From a virus (taxonomy: Duplodnaviria; Heunggongvirae; Uroviricota; Caudoviricetes), in IMG/VR virus record IMGVR_UViG_3300014682_000025: a DNA stretch of 41,278 bases, one strand, 5' to 3'. The stretch's first letter is position 1, and each line of letters starts with the position of its first letter. The notes beneath the pieces were generated by a model. The model saw nothing but the letters and a program-made list of their open reading frames with translations, had not been told where the DNA came from and searched no databases. The position numbers and the translations under genes were made by a program. Below are positions 12,908 to 21,450 of this stretch, one piece after another.

Positions 12908-13237
12908 CTATGCCACGACCTGTTCAAAATCTGCCGTTATGGTTACCCACAACGCCCCCACGCTTGCCGACCATTTACGACAAACCACCCTGATCGGCTT
13001 CCAGTCATAAGGTGGCGTCCACTGAAATGCGCGGACGCCACCGTGCCGTTCCAGAAAGGCTTTTAAAGATGGGTGTTCACATTTACGAACACGTATCGTC
13101 ACGCTGTAAATCGACAACTGGTTATTCAGTCCCGCCGCACGACGCTGTTCATAACCATCGCCCAGCTTCACTGTCACCACTTTCGGCTCTGATACCACAT
13201 TCATATCCGGGCGCACTTTCCAGTGAAACGTCTCCAT
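12908..13237 (-). CDS. M: Minor tail protein M
   Basis: 109 aa; position between H and L; lambda-gpM-like. Confidence 0.85.
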   Translation of the reverse strand: METFHWKVRPDMNVVSEPKVVTVKLGDGYEQRRAAGLNNQLSIYSVTIRVRKCEHPSLKAFLERHGGVRAFQWTPPYDWKPIRVVCRKWSASVGALWVTITADFEQVVA

Positions 13238-16200
13238 TACCGATATGCTCCACTTAACCGACCACCATCACGGGCCTGCTGTTGCATAAAGTCCGCTGCC
13301 GCTTTTTTCCCAAGGTCATAAACCACCTTCAGGGCAGCCGGACCTATCTGCCCGTTCGTGCCATCGTTATTGATCTCGATGTTGTACTGCGGGGCAAACA
13401 TCGCCATACCTGAACCACCAATATCCGCCACAACCCCCAGCTTACCGTCAGCACCACGACGCAGTGGCAGAATGGCTTCAGGTCCCGCTTCCCCCATCAC
13501 ACCCGCGCCTTTTGCAAAAGCAAAAAACGTCGGACGGTTAACCACCGTGCCACTGTAACGACTCAAATCAGCAGACTGATAAATCCCCCCATTGGCATTC
13601 AGGGAAAGGCTGCTGAGATCAAATCCCAGCACACTGCCAATCCCTTTTATCGATTTCATCATGGTTGCCTGCGCCAGGATTTTCGCCATATCTGACAGCA
13701 CAGAAGAGGTGAAGGATTTGAAATTGAGTTTGCCGGTAGTGACAAAAGTTGCCAGGCCATTTCCCATGTTGCTGAAGGCTGACGAGAACACCTGTTCTGC
13801 TGTTCCTGCCGTATTATCTGCATCCACGGTAAAATCCTGAAATGCACGCAGGACTCCGTTTTTCCAGTTACCCTGCACAACTTCAAGCTGTTGCCAGTAA
13901 CGGCGATTCTCATTCAGTTGTCGGTTCAGGCTCTCCGTCAGCGCCTGCTCGGCCTTTCTGTAGTCATCCGTGTTATATGTTCCTTTCTGCTCACTATCCC
14001 GCCTCAACTGCTCCAGCTGTTGCTGGTATTTCTGGCGAAGACTCAGTTGTACCTGATATCGCTGCCGCTGCTGATCACCCATACCCACCGTGGCGATATC
14101 CAGGTCATGTTGCTGACGCTGAGCGCGCTCTTCTTCAGCCAGTTGACTGGTCAGCTGAATTGTTTTTTTCTTCAGCTCGTTGAGTGCCGTCTGTTTCTGA
14201 AGCTCCTGCTGTTTTACATCCAGCAGCGTCAGTGCCTGAATCAGTTCATCTTTACGGGCCAGCACACTCTTTTCATCTGCCGTCAGTTTTTTCCCGTCCA
14301 GGTCGCTGATGCGCTGCTGCAGAGCCAGAAGCTGTTTATGCGCTTCTGTCATCCTTTCCGTGGCAATGCCTGCTGACTGTCTGGCAGCAGCAATCTGTCC
14401 TTCCACCTGTGCCTGTTGCTGACTGTACTGCAGCAATAACCGGGTGGCCTCATCATTACGGGGTTCGCGTGTTTTTTTCTTACCGGATGCCAGGGCTTTC
14501 TCGTAACGTTCATTTTCACGTTGTATCGCTGCATCCCTGACAGCCTGATCGGCGTACTGCATGGCATTAATACGCGCAATTTCACGCTGATGTCGTGCAG
14601 CTTCCGTTTCATTCATCCGGTTCAGTGCAGCATTTTCAGCATTACGGCGTTTCTGTTGCTCCTGATAATTCCGCTCTGCCTGCTCTTTTGCATCCTGCAA
14701 ATCCTTCTGGCGTTTTTTCTCCTGAAGATCGTTAAGACGCTGCTGATCGTATTCAACCTGAGAAGATGATGCCGTCCAGGGGAGTCTTTTCGCCCGCGAC
14801 ACTTTCTCCTGCAAAGTGGCAATCTGCGCATCCAGCGAATCTTCACGACCAATATTCATGGCCGCATCCCAGAACAGCTTCCACCAGTCAGACAAGGTTT
14901 GCAGCGTACTACCCAGCGCATTGAGGTTATTATCAATATCCGCAGTACGCCGTCCGGTTTCCTCTGCCAGTGCAGACATGGCTATCCGTGCAGCATCACT
15001 GGACCGCCCCTGCTCTCCAAGGACGCGTATCTGCTCAAGCTGAGTGGCAGTAAGAAAATGCAGCTCATTGTCCAGAGACTTCGCGGCATTTACAGGATCA
15101 TCCTTCAGCCGCTTAAACTGATTTATGGTATCGCTGACCGACTGGCCAACCGATCGCTCCATCTGTGCGGCAGCTCTCGCCACCATACCGATATCGTTTC
15201 CACGAAATGCACCACTCCCCACCACCTGAGCCAGCGCACCGGCTGCAGCATGTTGCGTGATACCATTCCCGGAAATAGTACGACTGAGCGTCCACAGCTG
15301 CCCGGCAGTGACTCCGGCATAATGCCCCGTCAGCGACAGCTGGCGGTTAAATTCTTCCCCCTCCTTCTGACCGTCATACCAGGCTTTACCCAGACCATAG
15401 ACGGCCGCGGTAATACCGCCAATAACCCCGCCCAGCATCATGCCTTTCGGTGACATCAGTGTGTCTATCCATCCGGCACGGTTAGCCAGCGTTATCCCGG
15501 ATCCCCTCAGCGCCCCTAAATTGCCGCGGGCCAGTTCACCTATCAGAACGCCTATCTCCTGGCGGGCCGCTGCACTTTTCAGACCCAGCGAATGCGTGGC
15601 TTTTCCTGCCCGCTCCATTTTGCGGATATACACTTCTGCAGCACTGCTTACCCCCAGCTGGGCAGCCCTGGCACGAAGCAACTCAGAAGAAGAAAGATTC
15701 TGGCGGGTTGCCTGCTCTTTAAGCTGACGGATAAACGCCACTTTCTGTCGGGTAGCCTCTGCCTCAGCCTGCGTAAGAACACGGGTTTTCGCCGTAACCT
15801 CAGAAATCAGCGCCAGATAATCCTGCTGACCAATCCCGCCACTGTTTCTGGCCTGTCGGATCTGCTGCTGAATACGCTGTAATTCCTGCAACCCCGCACT
15901 GGCCTGTTTCACACTGTCAATCTGACGATAAAACGCGGCAGCCGCTTTATCCTGAGCCTCCGCCAGAGCCATGGCCTGCGCCTGTTCCTCGCGCATTTTC
16001 TGGCTCAGTGCCTCCATACGCTGGCGGGTTTGCTCCACCTCGCGGGCCATGCGTTCATGAGCCTGTGCGCTCTTCTCCACCGTCTGCGCATGGACGGATG
16101 CGGCTGTTGCAGCCGAAGACGCCGCCTGCATTGTCTGCCGGGCGGCCTGAGTCTGACGCTCCATAAAACGCTGCATACGGGCAGAAGACCGTTCTGCATC

Positions 16201-16302
16201 GCTGGCTGCACCATTCAGAAGGTTTTTGATACGGGGAATTTCATTTTTAAACTCTGCCGCATCAATCCCCAAATCAATGACCAGGTTGGCTATCTGGTCC
16301 AT
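13237..16302 (-). CDS. H: Tail tape measure protein H (about 1021 aa from MDQIANLVIDLG)
   Basis: Long coiled-coil-rich ORF (track 13237-16332); C-terminus INNDGTNGQIGPAALK is lambda-gpH-like; start chosen by similarity to lambda H N-terminus. Confidence 0.85.
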   Translation of the reverse strand: MDQIANLVIDLGIDAAEFKNEIPRIKNLLNGAASDAERSSARMQRFMERQTQAARQTMQAASSAATAASVHAQTVEKSAQAHERMAREVEQTRQRMEALSQKMREEQAQAMALAEAQDKAAAAFYRQIDSVKQASAGLQELQRIQQQIRQARNSGGIGQQDYLALISEVTAKTRVLTQAEAEATRQKVAFIRQLKEQATRQNLSSSELLRARAAQLGVSSAAEVYIRKMERAGKATHSLGLKSAAARQEIGVLIGELARGNLGALRGSGITLANRAGWIDTLMSPKGMMLGGVIGGITAAVYGLGKAWYDGQKEGEEFNRQLSLTGHYAGVTAGQLWTLSRTISGNGITQHAAAGALAQVVGSGAFRGNDIGMVARAAAQMERSVGQSVSDTINQFKRLKDDPVNAAKSLDNELHFLTATQLEQIRVLGEQGRSSDAARIAMSALAEETGRRTADIDNNLNALGSTLQTLSDWWKLFWDAAMNIGREDSLDAQIATLQEKVSRAKRLPWTASSSQVEYDQQRLNDLQEKKRQKDLQDAKEQAERNYQEQQKRRNAENAALNRMNETEAARHQREIARINAMQYADQAVRDAAIQRENERYEKALASGKKKTREPRNDEATRLLLQYSQQQAQVEGQIAAARQSAGIATERMTEAHKQLLALQQRISDLDGKKLTADEKSVLARKDELIQALTLLDVKQQELQKQTALNELKKKTIQLTSQLAEEERAQRQQHDLDIATVGMGDQQRQRYQVQLSLRQKYQQQLEQLRRDSEQKGTYNTDDYRKAEQALTESLNRQLNENRRYWQQLEVVQGNWKNGVLRAFQDFTVDADNTAGTAEQVFSSAFSNMGNGLATFVTTGKLNFKSFTSSVLSDMAKILAQATMMKSIKGIGSVLGFDLSSLSLNANGGIYQSADLSRYSGTVVNRPTFFAFAKGAGVMGEAGPEAILPLRRGADGKLGVVADIGGSGMAMFAPQYNIEINNDGTNGQIGPAALKVVYDLGKKAAADFMQQQARDGGRLSGAYR

Positions 16303-16626
16303 AACGCACACCTCCGGAAATACCTTCCCCAAGATGCATCAGTTCTTCGTCCGTTCGCTCCGGTATCCCGTTCTCTTCCGGTAAAAGGCTGAAATCAGCC
16401 ACCGCAGCATCACTGCTGCCGGACACCATTCTCACGATCAATGCCTTCAGCGAGGCAAACTGCGCATCCATCCACACATCACTGAAGCTCTGCATCCGGA
16501 AATAATCGCCCCACTCACCAAGCTCAGTGGCCGACATTTCCGACAGCATCCGCCGCCAGTCTGCCCGCCGGAACTCCCGGGCAAGCCGCATGACAAACTG
16601 CATTTCCCGCGTCAGGACTTTTCCGG
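16274..16626 (-). CDS. T: T portion of the tail assembly chaperone G-T (-1 frame relative to G, expected to be made by frameshift)
   Basis: T frame is open from about 16636 and overlaps the 3-prime end of G in the -1 frame; a GGAAAAG heptamer lies in the overlap. Confidence 0.6.
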
Positions 16627-17001
16627 CGTCAGCACCTCATGCTCCAAATCCCCGGCATTCTCAATGGCTCCCATACCGCTCAGCGACAGAACCATCTCCG
16701 CCCCCGCTCCCAGGGCATCATACGACCATGTTGTAATAACGGATGCGCAAAGCGTCTCAACATCCTGAGACTGTTCCGCATTCCACAGTGAGCGGGAAAC
16801 CAGCCAGGCATTGATATCCATCCCCATCCGCAGAAAAGCAATCTGTCGTTCAGCCTCCGGCAGTTCTCCCTCTTCGGCATCAAACTTTGCCGTTCGCTGC
16901 TGAACAAACGCCAGATATTCAATTCTCTGCAGCCCGGACAGCTCACTGAGCACCACGGACTGCTTTTCATAATTAAACGTGCCCTGTTTCAGAAACATCA
17001 T
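16612..17001 (-). CDS. G: Tail assembly chaperone G
   Basis: ATGATG start at 17001 preceded by GGTGGAG; track ORF begins further upstream at a non-ATG codon; position after V. Confidence 0.8.
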   Translation of the reverse strand: MMFLKQGTFNYEKQSVVLSELSGLQRIEYLAFVQQRTAKFDAEEGELPEAERQIAFLRMGMDINAWLVSRSLWNAEQSQDVETLCASVITTWSYDALGAGAEMVLSLSGMGAIENAGDLEHEVLTPEKS

Positions 17002-17014
17002 GTTCTCCACCTGC

Positions 17015-17038
17015 AAAAAAGCCCCTGATAACCGGGGC
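17015..17038 (-). terminator. Hairpin (GCCCC...GGGGC) followed by T6, between V and G
   Basis: Read from sequence; possible partial terminator that sets the V to G/T/H ratio. Confidence 0.4.
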
Positions 17039-17058
17039 AAATGATGAGTATCGTCCTG

Positions 17059-17802
17059 TTAACCTGCGGCGCTGACAGCCACCGTAGCCACTGCCACAAA
17101 ATCGCCGTCAGAAGTCATGCCCACAATGCTGACACTGCCCTGCTTCACGCCTTTCACCGTGGCCACAAGCCCGTTCAGGGTCACCGTGGCAGTCTGTGGA
17201 TCTGTCGAATGCACGCTGATCGCTTTGTCACTGGCTCCGTCAGGTTTTACTGTAAAGGTCAGCGTGGTGGTTGCTCCCACTTTTACACTGGCAGATGCCG
17301 GTGCCACCGTCAGCCCGGTAACGCTCACTGTTTCAGTGCCTTCCTCTGCCAGATACGGACGCCCAACACCGCTGATTTTCACTGTGCGGGTCATCACGTC
17401 TTTTGAGGCAATGGTTTTACCCAGTGAGCTCAGCCAGCCACGGAAAACATCAACAGTGCCGTTGGGATATTTGATACGAAACGCGCAGACTTCACCGGAG
17501 TCGAACAACTGAACCAGTTTTTTCTGCCCGCTGTCACCCGGACGCCAGGCCAGCGTCGCCGAAGTATCACCAACGGATTTCTGCCCCTGGGTTGTCGTTT
17601 TCCAGTCTGCATCTTCATCATCGAGATAAGTGTCATCTTCTGCATCAGCGGTCATTTCGCCAGGTTGCAGATCCTTCACCATCGCAAGACGCAGCCAGTC
17701 AGTGTCCGACAAAGGGTTCGCAAACGCATCGCCGTTGCCGGTATACATCCAGAACGTCGTCCCCGCACCTTTCGTCTTTGCCAGTGGATTTGGTGTGGTC
17801 AT
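17059..17802 (-). CDS. V: Major tail protein V (247 aa from MTTPNPLAKTKG) with C-terminal Ig-like domain
   Basis: Internal ATG at 17802 preceded by AAGGAGGT; C-terminal segment is Big_2-like. Confidence 0.85.
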   Translation of the reverse strand: MTTPNPLAKTKGAGTTFWMYTGNGDAFANPLSDTDWLRLAMVKDLQPGEMTADAEDDTYLDDEDADWKTTTQGQKSVGDTSATLAWRPGDSGQKKLVQLFDSGEVCAFRIKYPNGTVDVFRGWLSSLGKTIASKDVMTRTVKISGVGRPYLAEEGTETVSVTGLTVAPASASVKVGATTTLTFTVKPDGASDKAISVHSTDPQTATVTLNGLVATVKGVKQGSVSIVGMTSDGDFVAVATVAVSAAG

Positions 17803-17812
17803 TACCACCTCC

Positions 17813-18226
17813 TTAATTCGTGTACGTGATCTGGTACGTGATTTCCGCCATCGCCCAGGTGGCCATCTCATTATCACGTTGATAGTTAAAACCGAGTGGG
17901 ATCAGGGTGTCGATGAGTCCGGAAAGTGCCGGTATATCATTCAGGGCAGGGAAAATGGTGCTCTCCATCCACATATCCAGCTCTGAATCCGGTGCCTGTG
18001 CCCGGATGAAGACGGCAATATGCAGAACAGCCTGCCAGTCATCTTCATCCGTCATTTTTCCGGTGTACTGAGCATCACTCAGCCACACCGCCACGGCAGG
18101 CAGTTCCTGCGCATCAATAAATGCCGGAAGCCCGTCAAAAAATGTGGCGCTGTCTCCACACTGTTCCCGAAGGCGTGCCAGTACGGCCTGGCGGATTTGT
18201 GTATGTCGGTTCATCGGGTCAGCCAT
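17813..18226 (-). CDS. U: Tail terminator protein U
   Basis: 137 aa; TFFDGLPAF...PAVAVWL...PDSELDMWMES resembles lambda gpU. Confidence 0.85.
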   Translation of the reverse strand: MADPMNRHTQIRQAVLARLREQCGDSATFFDGLPAFIDAQELPAVAVWLSDAQYTGKMTDEDDWQAVLHIAVFIRAQAPDSELDMWMESTIFPALNDIPALSGLIDTLIPLGFNYQRDNEMATWAMAEITYQITYTN

Positions 18227-18789
18227 AACCTCAGTTGTTGTTTCAGTGCATACCCCAGCTGTTTCGGCATTTCCGCAGCAATGATGTGGTCGCGGGCATC
18301 TTCAAATGCCTGTGTCAGCGGCCCGGACAGCGGGATTTTCACCACATCAATGGGGTAACGATTTTTGCCATCAATACGTCGCATCACATGCCAGCGACCA
18401 TTCGCCAGTTGCTGAATAAACGCATCCCGGAAAAGATATTTACCCACCTTCAGCACGCTGCCACGGTACTGCAGTTTTCCACCACGCCGGGCCAGTCTGA
18501 CCCGGGCTGTCCCCAGCTTAATGGCGGGCAGATTGCCCCGGTTAACGCGGATCCTGGCCGTCATTTTTCCTGACGGACTGGCTTTAAACACCCGGACACG
18601 CTGACGTACCAGTTTCAGGGGGATCCCTTTCACCTGGTTATCTCCCGCAACGGTATTCCCGGCAACCTGCCGGGTGGCAACCGAGACCGCTTTCTGTGCC
18701 ACACGGTTTATCGCCCATGCGCTGGCCTGTGGCACCATACGGGTATCAAGGCTGTTCAGATTGCGGATGGCATTCTCAAGCCCCTTCAT
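18211..18789 (-). CDS. Z: Tail completion protein Z
   Basis: 192 aa starting MKGLENA; position between FII-like gene and U. Confidence 0.8.
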   Translation of the reverse strand: MKGLENAIRNLNSLDTRMVPQASAWAINRVAQKAVSVATRQVAGNTVAGDNQVKGIPLKLVRQRVRVFKASPSGKMTARIRVNRGNLPAIKLGTARVRLARRGGKLQYRGSVLKVGKYLFRDAFIQQLANGRWHVMRRIDGKNRYPIDVVKIPLSGPLTQAFEDARDHIIAAEMPKQLGYALKQQLRLWLTR

Positions 18790-18800
18790 CCCACACCTCT

Positions 18801-19076
18801 TTACTCAATAAAGATCATTGGCTTACCGTTAAAGCGTTCATGCCGTGTGACCGTCCATTGTTGTCCGTCATAAACAACGCGATCCCCGCGCCGTGGGCGG
18901 TATCCCGAAGAAAACACCACCAGAGAGACCGCAGGTCCGGACAGAGCATTCAGCTCTGCCAGTGTTTCTCCCGGGATCACAGTCATATCGACATCATTAA
19001 TCGAGGCTGTCTTTCCCATCTTTCTGACCGTGATCGCATCCATACGCGCTGCCAGCCGGGAAAAGGGATCAGACAT
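18801..19076 (-). CDS. Small head-tail joining protein at the lambda FII position
   Basis: 91 aa; assigned by position only. Confidence 0.45.
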   Translation of the reverse strand: MSDPFSRLAARMDAITVRKMGKTASINDVDMTVIPGETLAELNALSGPAVSLVVFSSGYRPRRGDRVVYDGQQWTVTRHERFNGKPMIFIE

Positions 19077-19392
19077 TGAGTTTTACCGGCACTTCTTCTG
19101 CACTGGTTCCGGCATCTGCCCAGACAACCCCGACCAGCGGATCAGAGCCGCTGTTAGTCAGCTGAACTTTTCCGGACTTCAGATAAACCTTCTTACCCGT
19201 TTTCATATCATCCGTTTTCAGCTTAGGCAGCATAAACACACCTTCGGTCATGCCGTCGCCTGTTTCACCCTGTGGAATATCGGTCAGCGCCACCGCAAAA
19301 ACATCACCCACCTGCACCAGATCTCCGCTGCTGATGGCTGCACTGGCAACAATCGCCACCGTTTTTCCTTCTTCTACAAAATTCTTTGCCAT
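19069..19392 (-). CDS. Small protein at the lambda FI position (107 aa from MAKNFVEEGK), possibly DUF2190-like
   Basis: Internal ATG at 19392 with GGAGA upstream; position immediately after the capsid gene. Confidence 0.45.
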   Translation of the reverse strand: MAKNFVEEGKTVAIVASAAISSGDLVQVGDVFAVALTDIPQGETGDGMTEGVFMLPKLKTDDMKTGKKVYLKSGKVQLTNSGSDPLVGVVWADAGTSAEEVPVKLNV

Positions 19393-19407
19393 AACTGTCT
19401 CCGCACA

Positions 19408-19454
19408 GCCCCGTTCAGGGGCTGATTTCAGGTACAAAAAAAGCCCTTACGGGC
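19408..19454 (-). terminator. Two hairpins just after the capsid gene (AGCCCC-GTTCA-GGGGCT; GCCC-GTAA-GGGC plus T7)
   Basis: Read from sequence; the second has a T-tract on the minus strand. Confidence 0.4.
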
Positions 19455-19478
19455 CATCAGAGTTGTTGTCTGCGACGT

Positions 19479-21437
19479 TTACGCCGTACATTTCACCAGA
19501 CCGCGGTGATCAACTGGCGCGACACCGGCGTCAATACGCACTTTCGTTGTCACGCCATCCACACTGAAGCCCTCCATCTGATCAATATATGGCGTATCCA
19601 CACCGTTGAGATAAGCCACTTCAATCGTATCGGAGCCTTTTGACGCAGCCAGGTAGAAGGTGGTCTGGCTGTTATCATCAAGACGAGGCTCTGCAATAAC
19701 GGTCGCAAAATCTTTCACCGGGTTAATAATACCGGCGTTAATGTCAGCCCCCTTGACACTTGAGGAGCGAATGACCTGGTTAGCAACAGACTCCATCGCC
19801 GTCGGTACCAGTACGAACGCAGGACGAATATTCAGATGACGCTCCCCCTCTTTCTGAACGCGCATCAACTGGCGGGCTTTATCCAGCGATGCCACGTCCA
19901 TTGCAGCGCTCTCCAGTACGTTTGCATGTTTCGCTTTATCGAACAGACTTACATTATCTGTGGAGATTTTCGGGTTAGACGTCAGAATGGCATAAACCAG
20001 ATCGGCAATAGTGGATTTCGCCGCACGGCCCAGTTTCATCGGGACATCGGTCAGCATATTCAGATCATCATTGATAATGGCCTGACGGGTGATACTGAAC
20101 AGCTCGCCATAGGTCGCCAGTGCAATAGTGGCCTGTTTATCTCCGGTGGTGACGTATTTATATTCCGCCCCTTCACGCACCTGACGTAGAGCACTGAAGC
20201 CCCCCATACCCACACGATGGGCAATTTTAAAATCAGACAACTGACCTTTCCGCGTCCACTGTTCATAGGTTTCAGGGGCATCTTCCCAGCCCTGCAGAAT
20301 GGCTTTGTTCGCAACATCCAGCAGAATATTACCGAAGTCAGACGTACTGTGTGTGAACGCCGCACCGACCATCTGCATCGGGTTATAACCGGAAACCCCA
20401 ATACCCCGTTCAGTTAGTGACATACGGGCATATTCACGCAGGGTCATCCCGTTGTAGACATTATCACGTTCGTTTTTTTCAAATCCGGCACGCGCCATCA
20501 GCGCCTGGCGAATCCCGTCCCCCACAAAATTACCGTTACCGGCATAAATATGAGCCGGGGTATTTTTATTGGATGGCGTGGACTCGCGCCCCATCTCGTT
20601 CAACAGCTTTTCACGGGCCTGCTCCAGCGAACATTCAGGATCGGCAAGACACTGGGCCTGCAGCGTCTGATAACGCCCGCCAAACATGGCAAACAGATCA
20701 TTAATACCGTTTACACGCGCTTTTTGCTCTGCCAGTACCTGCGCACGGATACTGTTTTCATCCACCACGGGTGCTGCTGCCTGCACTGGCGTCCGGGAGG
20801 CTGCAGGTTCATCATCCTGTACGCGTGGAGCACTGTTGCGTGGCGGAGTAATCATGTTTCGAATGGATTCCGGCATCTTTTTAAATTCCTCTGTACGTTT
20901 TGACTGAATACATGCCATTGCCTTAACGGCTGGTGTCACCTGATCAGCAAATCCCTGTGCCAGACATTCGGCACCGGACATCCAGGTCTCATCCGCCAGC
21001 ATGGCAGCAATTTCATCGGTGGTTTTCCCGGTTTTCTGTGCATAAGCGGGTAACAGAACCGCCTCAACTTTATCGAGCAGGTCGGCATAGGTGCGCATGT
21101 CCTCCGCATCACCGCCCGTAAAGCCAAATGGTTTATGAATCATCATGAAGGAGTTTTCCGGCATAATGACCGGGTTTCCCACCATCGCAATGACCGACGC
21201 CATTGACGCCGCCACACCGTCGACATAAACGGTAATGGACGCACCATGTGTTTTCAGTGCATTAAAAATGGCGATGCCTTCAAAGACATCGCCACCCGGT
21301 GAATTAATATGGAGATTAATGTGGGTGATATCGCCCAGTGCATTCAGATCACTGATAAACTGCTTCGCTGTAACACCCCAGAAACCAATCTCGTCATAAA
21401 TATAAATATCCGCGTCACTCTGGTGACCTGCCTGCAT
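19479..21437 (-). CDS. Fused ClpP-like prohead protease / scaffold / major capsid protein (about 652 aa from MQAGHQSDADIYIYDEIG)
   Basis: N-terminal ClpP-like region (INSPGGDVFEG, HKPFGF), then an Ala/Gln-rich linker, then an HK97-fold-like capsid domain; track ORF 19479-21698 overlaps the portal, so an internal start is used. Confidence 0.75.
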   Translation of the reverse strand: MQAGHQSDADIYIYDEIGFWGVTAKQFISDLNALGDITHINLHINSPGGDVFEGIAIFNALKTHGASITVYVDGVAASMASVIAMVGNPVIMPENSFMMIHKPFGFTGGDAEDMRTYADLLDKVEAVLLPAYAQKTGKTTDEIAAMLADETWMSGAECLAQGFADQVTPAVKAMACIQSKRTEEFKKMPESIRNMITPPRNSAPRVQDDEPAASRTPVQAAAPVVDENSIRAQVLAEQKARVNGINDLFAMFGGRYQTLQAQCLADPECSLEQAREKLLNEMGRESTPSNKNTPAHIYAGNGNFVGDGIRQALMARAGFEKNERDNVYNGMTLREYARMSLTERGIGVSGYNPMQMVGAAFTHSTSDFGNILLDVANKAILQGWEDAPETYEQWTRKGQLSDFKIAHRVGMGGFSALRQVREGAEYKYVTTGDKQATIALATYGELFSITRQAIINDDLNMLTDVPMKLGRAAKSTIADLVYAILTSNPKISTDNVSLFDKAKHANVLESAAMDVASLDKARQLMRVQKEGERHLNIRPAFVLVPTAMESVANQVIRSSSVKGADINAGIINPVKDFATVIAEPRLDDNSQTTFYLAASKGSDTIEVAYLNGVDTPYIDQMEGFSVDGVTTKVRIDAGVAPVDHRGLVKCTA

Positions 21438-21450
21438 CCTGAACCAGGAA

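Noticed and set aside
13891-15453. Several 80-180-aa plus-strand ORFs antisense to the tape measure gene
   Set aside because: Embedded antisense in H; no independent start signals; low-complexity Leu/Gln-rich translation mirroring the coiled-coil codons.
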